A DNA stretch of 64,000 bases, taken from the NCBI GenBank assembly GCA_965140785.1, contig OZ223514.1, forward strand, positions 180,289 to 244,288, in the 5' to 3' direction. This document shows positions 1 to 9,434 of this stretch, one piece after another (the first letter of the stretch is position 1; each line of letters starts with the position of its first letter). The DNA comes from an uncultured Ruficoccus sp. (GTDB taxonomy: Bacteria > Verrucomicrobiota > Verrucomicrobiia > Opitutales > Cerasicoccaceae). The notes under the pieces are model-generated. The model saw only the letters and a list, made by a program, of their open reading frames with translations. It searched no databases and was not told the DNA's origin. The position numbers and the translations under genes are program-made.

Positions 1-644
1 ACCTGGAGTTTACCAAGATCAAGGCGCCGATCTCCGGCATTGCCGGTCGCTATGGCCTCACCGAGGGCAACCTCGTCCAGGGCGGCAGCGCCCAGGCCAC
101 CCTCCTGACGACCATCGTGCCGCAGGATCCAATCTATGTCACCTTCGACGTGGATGAGAACAGCTACCTCGAGGGCATGCGCAAGATCCTCTCCGGCGAG
201 CTGCCCGGACGTGCGCAAAACGGCAACATCCCGGTGGAAATCCAGCTTTCCGACGAGACCGAATTCAGCCGCCGGGGCATGATCAACTTCAAGGACAACC
301 GGCTCAACCCCGGCACGGCCACCATGCACGTGCGGGGTCTGCTGGAGAATCCCGACGGCTTCCTCACCCCCGGCATGTTCGCCCGCGTGCGCACCCCCGC
401 CTCACGTGAAGAGGAGCGGCTGCTGGTGCCGGATCTGGCGGTGCAGACCGACCAGGAGCTGAAGTTCGTCTGGGTCGTCAGCCCGGACAATACCGCCGAG
501 CGCCGCACGGTCGAGGTCGGCCCCCTCCAGCAGAACCTTCGCATCATCCGCTCCGGGCTTGAGCCCGGCGAGCGTGTCGCCGTTTCCGGCATCCAGTTCC
601 TGCAACCGGGCATGCCGGTCGCCCCGCGCGACGCTGCCCAATAG
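1..644 (+). CDS. RND efflux periplasmic adaptor (membrane fusion protein, MexE/AcrA-like), 5' truncated by window edge
   Basis: Frame is open from position 3 (LEFTKIKAPISG...EGNLVQGG...LLTTIVPQDPIYVTFDV...LTPGMFARVR); typical MFP motifs; directly upstream of an RND permease. Confidence 0.9.
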   Translation, partial: LEFTKIKAPISGIAGRYGLTEGNLVQGGSAQATLLTTIVPQDPIYVTFDVDENSYLEGMRKILSGELPGRAQNGNIPVEIQLSDETEFSRRGMINFKDNRLNPGTATMHVRGLLENPDGFLTPGMFARVRTPASREEERLLVPDLAVQTDQELKFVWVVSPDNTAERRTVEVGPLQQNLRIIRSGLEPGERVAVSGIQFLQPGMPVAPRDAAQ

Positions 645-685
645 CCTTTCACGGCGCATCACTCGTCCTTCACCGCCGAAGACCT

Positions 686-3600
686 ATGTCTATTTCCCAC
701 TATTTCATCGACCGGCCGCGCTTCGCCATCGTCCTCTCGCTGGTCATCATCATCATCGGTGGACTGACCTTTTTCGGCCTGCCCACCGCGCAGTTCCCGG
801 AGGTGGCTCCGCCCACGATCGTCGTGCGCGCCAACTTGCCGGGGGCGACCCCGGAGATCCTGGCCGAGACCGTCGCCGCTCCGCTGGAGCAGGAGATCAA
901 CGGCGTGGAAAACATGCTCTACATGGCCTCCTCCAGCACGGCGGACGGCAGTGTGCAGATTACGATCACCTTTGAGCTGGGCACCGATCTGGACACCGCG
1001 CAGGTGCTGGTGCAGAACCGCGTCGCCGTGGCCCAGCCCCGCCTGCCGGAGCAGACGCGCCAGATCGGCGTGGTGGTGGAGAAGAGCGTCCCGGACCTGC
1101 TGATGGTCGTGCAGATGTACTCGCCGGACGACTCCCTCGACAAGGAGTACGTCAGCAATTACGCGATCCGCCAGGTCCGCGAATCCCTGCGCCGCATCGA
1201 CGGGGTGGGTGCGGTGCGCACCTTTGGCTCGCGCGAATACAGCATGCGCGTCTGGCTCGACCCTGAGCGCATGGCCAATCTCAACATCACCGCCGGGGAT
1301 GTCGTGAACGCCCTGCGCGAGCAGAACGTGCAGGTCGCTGCCGGCATCATCGGTCAGGAGCCGGTGGATTCGGCGGGGGACTACCAGCTGAACGTCAGCA
1401 CCCTGGGCCGGCTCAACGAGGTGGAGCAGTTTGAGGACGTGGTGGTCAAGAGCGACGAGGAGGGCACGGTCGTTTACCTGCGCGATGTGGCGCGGGTGGA
1501 ACTGGGCGCGCTGGAGTACAACGTCAACAACTACATGGGCACCACGCCCGCCGTGGCCATGCCCATCCAGCAGCGGCCCGGCTCCAACGCTCTCGCCACC
1601 GCGCAGGAAATCCGCAGGCAGATGCAGGAGCTGTCCAAGTCGTTTCCGCCGGGACTGGCCTACAGCATTATTTACGACCCCACGGTCTTCATTCAGGAGT
1701 CTATCGACGCGGTGTTTCACACCATTTTAGAGGCCATCCTTCTCGTGGTGCTCGTTATCATTATTTTCCTGCAATCCTGGCGTGCCTCCCTCATCCCGCT
1801 GACAGCGATCCCCGTCTCGCTTATCGGTACCTTCGCGGCCATGTCCGCCTTCGGGTTCTCCATTAACAACCTGACGCTCTTCGGGCTGGCGCTGGCCATC
1901 GGGATCGTGGTGGACGACGCCATCGTCGTGGTCGAGAACATCGAACGCAATCTGGACAAGGGCCTCTCCAACCGGGAGGCGGCGCGCACCGCCATGACGG
2001 AAATCACCGGCCCGCTGATCTCGGCCACGCTGGTCATGGCCGCGATTTTTATTCCCACGGCTTTTCTGCCGGGCATCACCGGGCAGTTCTACCGCCAGTT
2101 CGCGCTCACCATCGCTTTCTCCGTTGGCATCTCGGGCTTTGTATCGCTGACCCTGAGTCCGGCGCTGGCGGTCTTCCTGCTGCGTCCACACGGGGCCAAG
2201 CCGGACTTCGTGCAGCGCGTCATCGACTTCTGCCTCGGCTGGTTCTTCCGGGGCTTCAACTGGCTGTTCGATCGCTTCACGCGAGGCTACTCCAGCATCG
2301 TCAAGCGCTTCGTCCGCATGGGCCTGGTGGCGTCGGCTATTTTTATCATTTTCCTCCTGCTGACCGCCTGGGGCTTCCGCCTCGTGCCGGGCGGGTTCAT
2401 CCCCTCGACCGACCAGGGGTACGGTATTATCGTATTGCAGTTGCCTGACGGTGCTTCACTGGACCGGACCGACGCCCTCGTGCAGGAGGTGACCGCGCGC
2501 GCCATCGCACTGGACGGCATTCACAGCGCCGTTGCCTTCGCCGGCTTCAACGGCGCGACCTTCGCCAACTCGACCAATTCCGCGGCTATCTTTGTCGCCT
2601 ACGAGCCCTTCGAGGAGCGCAAGGACCCGGAGCTGAGCGGTAACGCCATTCTCAACCGCTTACGGGGCGCGTTGGCCGATATTCGGGACGCCTACGTCAT
2701 CGTCATCCCGCCCCCCCCGGTGCGCGGAATCGGTAACGGCGGCGGCTGGAAAATGGAGATTCAGGACCGCGCCGGGCTGGGCTACTCCGCCCTGCAGGAC
2801 GCCACCATGCAGTTGATGATGGCCGCCAATCAGGAACCCGGCCTGACCCAGGTTTTCACGCCTTTCCGCGCCAACGTGCCGCAGCTTTATGTCGATGTGG
2901 ACCGCGAAAAAGCCAAGATGCTCGACGTTCCGCTGGACAACATTTTCGAGACCTTGCAGGTATTCCTCGGCTCGCTCTTCGTCAACGACGTGAACCTCTT
3001 CGGGCGCACCTACCGCCTCACCGCGCAGGCCGACACGCAGTTCCGCGACGAGAAGGAGGACATCGCGAAGTTGAAAACCCGCAACGCCGACGGTGAGATG
3101 GTGCCCCTGGGCTCCCTGATCAAGGTCCGCACCATCGCCGGGCCGGACCGCGTGGTCCGCTATAACCTGTACCCCGCCGCCGAGCTGCAAGGCGTCAGCG
3201 CGCCGGGCTACAGCACCGGCCAGTCCCTCGAAACGATGGAGCGCCTGGCGGCGGAAATTCTCCCGCCGGGGATGAGCTTCGAATGGACCGACCTGGCCTA
3301 TCAGGAGAAGCAGGTCGGCAACGCCAGCCTGTACATTTTCCCGCTCGCCGTGCTCTTCGTCTTCTTCGTGCTCGTGGCCCAGTATGAGAACTGGTCGCTG
3401 CCGCTCGCGGTCATCGTTATCGTGCCGCTGTGCCTCTTCGGCGCCATCTGGCTGCTCTGGCTGCGGGGCATGGACAATAACATTCTCAACCAGGTCGGCT
3501 TCGTCGTGCTCATCGGCTTGGCGGCCAAGAACGCCATCCTCATCGTCGAGTTTGCCAAGCAGCAGGAAGACGCGGGGACAGAGGTCCACCTGGCCGCCAG

Positions 3601-3832
3601 CGAGGCGGCGCGCCTGCGGTTGCGCCCGATCCTGATGACCTCCATCGCCTTCATCCTCGGGGTGGTGCCGCTCATGATCGCCACCGGTGCCGGTTGGGAA
3701 ATGCGCCAGGCGCTCGGGACGCCGGTCTTCGGCGGCATGCTCTTCGTGACGCTGGTGGGTATCTTCCTGACGCCGGTCTTCTATGTCATGATTCGCCGCC
3801 TGACCCACCGCAAAGGCCACGCGAGCGAATAG
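686..3832 (+). CDS. RND efflux permease, HAE1 family (MexF/BpeF/AcrB-like)
   Basis: 1048 aa; FIDRPRFA N-terminus, GIVVDDAIVVVENIER, GLAAKNAILIVEFA and RLRPILMTS motifs. Confidence 0.95.
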   Translation: MSISHYFIDRPRFAIVLSLVIIIIGGLTFFGLPTAQFPEVAPPTIVVRANLPGATPEILAETVAAPLEQEINGVENMLYMASSSTADGSVQITITFELGTDLDTAQVLVQNRVAVAQPRLPEQTRQIGVVVEKSVPDLLMVVQMYSPDDSLDKEYVSNYAIRQVRESLRRIDGVGAVRTFGSREYSMRVWLDPERMANLNITAGDVVNALREQNVQVAAGIIGQEPVDSAGDYQLNVSTLGRLNEVEQFEDVVVKSDEEGTVVYLRDVARVELGALEYNVNNYMGTTPAVAMPIQQRPGSNALATAQEIRRQMQELSKSFPPGLAYSIIYDPTVFIQESIDAVFHTILEAILLVVLVIIIFLQSWRASLIPLTAIPVSLIGTFAAMSAFGFSINNLTLFGLALAIGIVVDDAIVVVENIERNLDKGLSNREAARTAMTEITGPLISATLVMAAIFIPTAFLPGITGQFYRQFALTIAFSVGISGFVSLTLSPALAVFLLRPHGAKPDFVQRVIDFCLGWFFRGFNWLFDRFTRGYSSIVKRFVRMGLVASAIFIIFLLLTAWGFRLVPGGFIPSTDQGYGIIVLQLPDGASLDRTDALVQEVTARAIALDGIHSAVAFAGFNGATFANSTNSAAIFVAYEPFEERKDPELSGNAILNRLRGALADIRDAYVIVIPPPPVRGIGNGGGWKMEIQDRAGLGYSALQDATMQLMMAANQEPGLTQVFTPFRANVPQLYVDVDREKAKMLDVPLDNIFETLQVFLGSLFVNDVNLFGRTYRLTAQADTQFRDEKEDIAKLKTRNADGEMVPLGSLIKVRTIAGPDRVVRYNLYPAAELQGVSAPGYSTGQSLETMERLAAEILPPGMSFEWTDLAYQEKQVGNASLYIFPLAVLFVFFVLVAQYENWSLPLAVIVIVPLCLFGAIWLLWLRGMDNNILNQVGFVVLIGLAAKNAILIVEFAKQQEDAGTEVHLAASEAARLRLRPILMTSIAFILGVVPLMIATGAGWEMRQALGTPVFGGMLFVTLVGIFLTPVFYVMIRRLTHRKGHASE

Positions 3833-3914
3833 ATTATCCGGCGGGGAGTGTATGTGCTCCCGCCGGGGTGGCCGGTCGCCCCTTCTCCCGGCTGCCCGTC
3901 GGTGGCGCGGAGCT

Positions 3915-5138
3915 CTACGGGGTGGAGCTGGAAGAGGCGGAGCACGATTCCTGCGCTGCGGTCATCAGCCAGTCGCTGCCGGTTTCGGAGAGCACGGTTC
4001 CGGTCTCATGGGCTTGAAGTAATTGCCGGTCCAGCCCGCGCACGTAGTGGTACGGATCGCCTTTGAGCGTGCCCGTTTCTATCTGTTCGGCCGGGAAGTC
4101 CCTGATCGCCAGGTCTGCATGAAGCCTCGTTACAAAGCGCGTATGCGCTGCGGCCAGTTCGAGGGTGCAGCAGTCGCCCGTGCCTCCGGTCAGACGGCTG
4201 AAAATGGTTTCGAACATCTCCCGGCGCGGATCTATTTTTTCCGATTGGCTGGCCTCTTCCTCGCCGCCGATAAGGCGATAGTTTTCATTCTCGTACCACT
4301 GGAAACGCCCGTTCTCGCAGATGACTTCGATCGTGGGCCGGTGCCGGGCTTCGGTGGAATGGCTGAAGTTGAAGATCAACTCGATGCCGTTTTCGGTTTC
4401 CATGCGGGCCGAGAATGTATCGAAGCTCTCAATCGCCTGAGCGCGGTAGGCCTCGATGTCCTGCTGGACGACGCTAGCGGTGTCGGAGAGTGTTTTGCCG
4501 CCCAGGAACAACGGCATCATGACAAAGTGCGCCATGGCATTGTTGACGGGAGAGTCCAGTACGGGCTGATTCCCGACGTACAGTTTCCCCGCCCAGGCAT
4601 TGCGCGTGTAGTAACGGGTGGATCGTGGCCACAGCGCCAGGGCTTTGATGGTTTTGACACGCCCGAACTCTCCCCCCACCAGACGCGCCTTGGTCTCCCA
4701 GAGGCTTTTCGAATACATGTTCTGGAAGCCGACGTAAACCTTCTTGCCGCAGCGGTCGCGGGCGTCGGTCATTGTGCGGACCTCCTCCAGACTGGCGGTG
4801 AGGGGCTTCTCAACCAGGACATGCATCCCTGCCTCCAGGGCGGCGACTGTCATGCCGCAGTGCAGGTGGATGCTGGTGGGAATGGCGCAGAGATCCACCC
4901 GCCCGGCTTCTGCTTCGATCATCTGGCGGAAATCGCCATAGATGCGACAGCCGATTTGCTCAAGTTTGCGGCAGGTTTCTACGGTTTCATCCGGATTAAT
5001 GACGGTGGCTGCGCAAAGGCGAATGCGTCCCTCCCGGTGATACCCCATCAGCTTGTCGGCATAGAGAGCTCCGTAGCCGGATACTCCTACCAGGGCAAGG
5101 CGGACAGGAGCGGTTGGATTCGTCTGTGTGGCAGGCAT
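3915..5138 (-). CDS. Gfo/Idh/MocA family NAD(P)-dependent oxidoreductase
   Basis: Rossmann-type N-terminus (LVGVSGYG) and HVLVEKP motif; paralogue of 23291-24475. Confidence 0.85.
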   Translation of the reverse strand: MPATQTNPTAPVRLALVGVSGYGALYADKLMGYHREGRIRLCAATVINPDETVETCRKLEQIGCRIYGDFRQMIEAEAGRVDLCAIPTSIHLHCGMTVAALEAGMHVLVEKPLTASLEEVRTMTDARDRCGKKVYVGFQNMYSKSLWETKARLVGGEFGRVKTIKALALWPRSTRYYTRNAWAGKLYVGNQPVLDSPVNNAMAHFVMMPLFLGGKTLSDTASVVQQDIEAYRAQAIESFDTFSARMETENGIELIFNFSHSTEARHRPTIEVICENGRFQWYENENYRLIGGEEEASQSEKIDPRREMFETIFSRLTGGTGDCCTLELAAAHTRFVTRLHADLAIRDFPAEQIETGTLKGDPYHYVRGLDRQLLQAHETGTVLSETGSDWLMTAAQESCSASSSSTP

Positions 5139-5234
5139 TTTTCAAGGGAGCGGGAAATGACCAAATGGAAGGGATGCTGAATTTACAGGGGGTCGTTTGG
5201 GAAGCTCGTGGTTGGAGGCGGCGCTCCTGTGTTT

Positions 5235-5966
5235 TTACAGTTGGGCGGGAGCCTCGCTGACAGGTGCTTCCATGATCCTCATATCAGCGCCTTTGAGCTT
5301 GGTGGGGTGAGGCGCGATAAACAGGTACAGGCGGGAGCCGGGTTGCATTCGGATATTTCTCTGGATGAGGGGTATCGCTCTGTTGCTGTCATCGTCTCTT
5401 GCTACCGCCATTAGGTTGACCCCTCGATTTATTTGCTCCGTTACTCGTATCAATTTAGTGCCATAAGCGGGCAGGCTGATCTGCTCATTCCCGATTTTCA
5501 GGTAAAGCGTCTTCGCGAATAAATTAACAATATACAGGCTCTGTGGCGGGAAGGCGCTCAGGCTGTTGTCAAACGCCCAGCCCTTAAACCGGATGGGCGT
5601 CACCGACAGGTCGGGAAAGAGCAGGATCGCCGTATCCGGCACCTGGGGGTTGAGCTTGATCGTGGCCGCCGGCGTGGGAGGAGCTTCGGGATTGGGCGGC
5701 TGAAGGTAGAGGGCCAGGTCTTCGGGACCGGCATAGGTGGTGGTTCGGCCGAAGTCTCCGAAGGGGGCTATCGCCTTGGTGACTTGCTCCTGCTTGAGAT
5801 AGTAGAGGTCTATGCCCGCCTTTTCGCCCTCATTCATGATGGGGCGCAGGTTCACCCCGTCGTACCAGACCGCCAGGCTGAGCCGTGTGTGGATGGCCGG
5901 AGGCTCCTGGGCGCTCAGGCTCACGGTAGCCAGCGCGATCAGCAGGTGGGGAAAAAAGTTTTTCAT
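5235..5966 (-). CDS. Exported hypothetical protein
   Basis: 243 aa with a signal-peptide-like start (MKNFFPHLLIALATVSLSA); starts 24 bp after the large PilX-like gene. Confidence 0.7.
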   Translation of the reverse strand: MKNFFPHLLIALATVSLSAQEPPAIHTRLSLAVWYDGVNLRPIMNEGEKAGIDLYYLKQEQVTKAIAPFGDFGRTTTYAGPEDLALYLQPPNPEAPPTPAATIKLNPQVPDTAILLFPDLSVTPIRFKGWAFDNSLSAFPPQSLYIVNLFAKTLYLKIGNEQISLPAYGTKLIRVTEQINRGVNLMAVARDDDSNRAIPLIQRNIRMQPGSRLYLFIAPHPTKLKGADMRIMEAPVSEAPAQL

Positions 5967-5989
5967 CAGTTAATTTCTGGATGCGAAAA

Positions 5990-8900
5990 TCAGAGGGTAT
6001 CGCCATTGAGCCAGCGGAAGGCGACGATGCGGAACTTGCGCCCGAGGGGAGTATTGGCGGCGTTGGCGGGCTCGGCCGGATCCTGCGCGGGGTCTTCGAG
6101 ATAGCTGGGCATACGCTGGACAATGGCCTCGCACTGGGCGGAGGCGATGGTGTTGCCCGTGAGCGGATCGACGCTCTCGCCGTACGCGCGGATGAGAAAA
6201 GAGTCCCCGCGGACCGTGAGGAGGGGGCCCAGCTTGGCCAGCAGATCCGCCTGGCTCAGGTAGCCCGGAGCCTGGCTGGAGCGTAGCCCCAGCGCGGCAT
6301 CGGCAAACGCGTAATCCAGTTCCTCGTGCACGGCCTGGACGGCGTTGGTCGCGTCGGGAGTGGGGTTGATGCCGGCGGGAGCATAATCGACGCCATCGAC
6401 GGTGACCGTCTGTTGCGAGTCGATCGCCGCCTGCAAAAGTCCGCTGAGCTGGTTGCCCGGCACCCCCGAGGCCGGGTCCCGATTGATGAATTCGGCCAGG
6501 CTGGTGAAGGGGCCGCGTTGGCGGATCTGATGCACGATCTGGCCGGCGAGGTTGCGTATCTGCACGTCGCTGAGATCGCGGTAGCCGCGCCAATATTCGG
6601 CAGTGGTGTCGGCATCATCGTCTTCCCCGATGGCATCGCCGGCGGGCAGGGGGCTGCGGGCATAGGCGCTGCCGGTATTCATGGTCAGGCTTTGCTGGCC
6701 GGAGATGGCGTCCTCAATGCGCGTTGGGAACCGGTAGCCGCTGGCCAGCAGGGCGGTCCACGCATCCACGGAGTCGGAGTTGACGTTGAAGGGGCCGTCG
6801 ATCATCAGGTACCCGGCTGCGCGCTCCGGGTCGAGCAGGGTAGCGGTCGCCGGGGGGGTACCGTCCCGGTCCACGATCTGGATGCGCGGGTAGGCCGGAG
6901 TCGCCACGCCGTTCTCATCGGTCTCCAGGGTGGAGAAGAAATAATCGTCCCAGAGCGCCTGGTTCAGCAGGTAGGAAAAATCCTGCAAGCCGTAGTCGGG
7001 CACAGCAGTGGCATTCGCGGGTATCCAGGGGTTGGCGCGGGAGTTCCCCACCGCATAGGTCGGGGCATAGACGCTGGTGGAGAAGTCCACCTGCTGCAAC
7101 TCCGCCAGCGAGGACATCGGCTCGCGGGGGAGATGGAAGAAGACCAGCCGCGGCTCCAGGGATGTGCTGTCGAACATGGCCGGGTCCCAGAGGCTGAAGA
7201 CACCTTTGTACTGCGTATCCGTGTCCGAAAATGGCGATAAAACGGGGGACTGACCGAACTCTGTGATCCCCAGATTGCTTTTGTAGAGTTTTTGTTGGTA
7301 GTTGGAACGCAGGTTGTAGTCGCGCAGGCTGGCAAGCCCTTCATGAGAGGCCGGATGATCATCCTTATTAACGAGGTCGTTGGGCCCCTTGAGGTAAGCA
7401 CCGATATAGTAGGTGGAGCCGGACGACTCGGCGTCATAGGCGACACTCTGCGTGGTGGTCAGCGTGTGGGACCTCATGGGGTTCTCGTTATCGACCAAGC
7501 CGAGGTAAAGCAGCGTTTTGACGGATCCGGCAAGGAGCCTCAACCTGAGAGCGTGTGTGCCGTCCTTCATCTGGTCGTACATCTCGCCGGTCAATGGCTG
7601 GTCGAGCGCGCCACTGATATCCTCCGAAGAGGCGTAGTGGGAGCTCAACGGGTCTTTGACTTCATCCAGGGGCAGGACCCACTGATCGCTTTTGCCGGGG
7701 AGGTCCGTATTATCGGAGAGGGCGAAGACCTTGATTTCTCCCGGTTCGAAAGACGCGGTAAAGCTGACCCGGAATGAGTTTGTACGGAACGTGTTGCCCG
7801 ACGAGTCCGTTGTGTGCCCGGTGAAATCCGGCAACCATTCGTTCAGGTAGTTTCCGTAGTTTTCCTTCCCGTAGGAGGAGCCGGAGTGGGGAGTCAGGAT
7901 CGTTGTGTCACCGCTGGCACCTTCGAGTTCCAGGACCATCGCCGGCTCGCGCTGAGTATTGTTCTTAGTGGGGTCAAATTCGTCGACAGTATAGCTGCCC
8001 CCGCCGGACTCTATCCGAAACGTGTAGGTTTGCGACTTCAGCGGCACGTCATAGGGGTTGAGCATGACAACCACCGGCTCCAGGCGCAGTTCGAGGGGGA
8101 TGATATCGGTGGGCTCATAAACCACGGGCACGGGGGGCTTAAGTGCTACGCTCATGCCCAGTTCCCAGAAAAACACCACCGGTGCGACGCCGTGGCTGTC
8201 CGGAAAATCCATCACCGTCGCCCCGCCGCTGGTGACGGGATTGCGAACGCTCGGTCTGATCCCGTTGCCGTCGATGTCCTTGCTCAGGGCCAGGAAATTC
8301 TCCAGCAGCGCCCAGGGCGGTCCATCGGGATAGATGGTGCCGGGAGGCGCACTCGTCGCGGTCACGAGCGTGGTCAGGTCCTGCTTCAGTCCGCCATCGA
8401 TCACGTTGGTCAGCAAGCCGTAGCTGTAGGCGCTGAGGCCGTGGTAGTGGTCTACCAGATCCTGCTTCGAGGTCAGGAGGGCGGCTTCGGCCAGGGAGGG
8501 CATCGAGCCCAGCTGGGCCCGCATCTTATCGCCTTCCTGACTGGGTTCGGAGGCGACGGCCAGCTCGCTCAAGTCGCTGATGGATGAAACGCCAAATCCT
8601 CTCGGGGCAACGATGGTGGAGCCATCCTCACTGATGTAGCCATTTTCCGTGATCCTCTCGTCGGTTAAGTCGATGCGCGCTTTCTGCGCCAGGTCCGAGA
8701 CCCAAAAGGCGTAGTATCCGCTCGGCGAGTTACCCCCAATGCGGACTTTGGGCGCGTAGCTCTCGCCATCGCCCAAAATGTCCACGCTGTTGGCTGCGTC
8801 GAGCGGGGTCTGCGGAGTTTCATCGCCGGAGACCATCCAGATCGGGGTGCCGGTGCCATCGCTGTTCCAAACGCCCAGCCAGCGGTTTTTTCCCGTCACT

Positions 8901-9184
8901 GCGGTGCTGGTGAGGGAGGCATCCGCCGTGATGACGGTATCCGGACCGAGGTCTTTTTGGACTTCACCGATCGCGACCTTCAGGCCCAGCAGCGCATTGG
9001 CCCGGGCCACGGAGATCTGGTTGACGGTCGACTGGGAGCGTGTCTCGACGGATACGAGCAGGCTCATGCTGAGCATCAGGCTCACCAGCAGGGCGAGTAT
9101 CCCCAGCGAGAGGATCAGCGCGAAGCCGTTTTTACGGTTTCCATTCAGGGAGGAACCGTTTGCGTTGTTGGGGTAGACAAGCAT
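5990..9184 (-). CDS. Large pilus-assembly PilX-like / Verru_Chthon cassette protein A-like protein
   Basis: N-terminal G|FALILSLGILALLVSL pilin-like hydrophobic segment, ARANALLGL, and C-terminal LTVRGDSFLIRAYGE...CEAIVQR...GRKFRIVAFRWL typical of these Verrucomicrobia proteins. Confidence 0.65.
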   Translation of the reverse strand: MLVYPNNANGSSLNGNRKNGFALILSLGILALLVSLMLSMSLLVSVETRSQSTVNQISVARANALLGLKVAIGEVQKDLGPDTVITADASLTSTAVTGKNRWLGVWNSDGTGTPIWMVSGDETPQTPLDAANSVDILGDGESYAPKVRIGGNSPSGYYAFWVSDLAQKARIDLTDERITENGYISEDGSTIVAPRGFGVSSISDLSELAVASEPSQEGDKMRAQLGSMPSLAEAALLTSKQDLVDHYHGLSAYSYGLLTNVIDGGLKQDLTTLVTATSAPPGTIYPDGPPWALLENFLALSKDIDGNGIRPSVRNPVTSGGATVMDFPDSHGVAPVVFFWELGMSVALKPPVPVVYEPTDIIPLELRLEPVVVMLNPYDVPLKSQTYTFRIESGGGSYTVDEFDPTKNNTQREPAMVLELEGASGDTTILTPHSGSSYGKENYGNYLNEWLPDFTGHTTDSSGNTFRTNSFRVSFTASFEPGEIKVFALSDNTDLPGKSDQWVLPLDEVKDPLSSHYASSEDISGALDQPLTGEMYDQMKDGTHALRLRLLAGSVKTLLYLGLVDNENPMRSHTLTTTQSVAYDAESSGSTYYIGAYLKGPNDLVNKDDHPASHEGLASLRDYNLRSNYQQKLYKSNLGITEFGQSPVLSPFSDTDTQYKGVFSLWDPAMFDSTSLEPRLVFFHLPREPMSSLAELQQVDFSTSVYAPTYAVGNSRANPWIPANATAVPDYGLQDFSYLLNQALWDDYFFSTLETDENGVATPAYPRIQIVDRDGTPPATATLLDPERAAGYLMIDGPFNVNSDSVDAWTALLASGYRFPTRIEDAISGQQSLTMNTGSAYARSPLPAGDAIGEDDDADTTAEYWRGYRDLSDVQIRNLAGQIVHQIRQRGPFTSLAEFINRDPASGVPGNQLSGLLQAAIDSQQTVTVDGVDYAPAGINPTPDATNAVQAVHEELDYAFADAALGLRSSQAPGYLSQADLLAKLGPLLTVRGDSFLIRAYGESVDPLTGNTIASAQCEAIVQRMPSYLEDPAQDPAEPANAANTPLGRKFRIVAFRWLNGDTL

Positions 9185-9434
9185 AAATGGTAACTTTCAG
9201 CGTGCTCTATTCCGATGAAAAGTCGAACGGGGCTATTCGTTACCTGTAACGCCCGATGACCTCAACCCATTTGGTTCCTTTAAGACAACCCGCCAGCATC
9301 GATGCCCGCCACGAACTTGGACAGAGTTGACGGACTTTGTCCCGATACGTGTAACGGCAGGGATCGCTGGCGTGTGCCAGCAGTCCTCTTATGGTAGCAT
9401 GCTCAAACTCCCACCCTCTGGAACCCCTGCGTAT

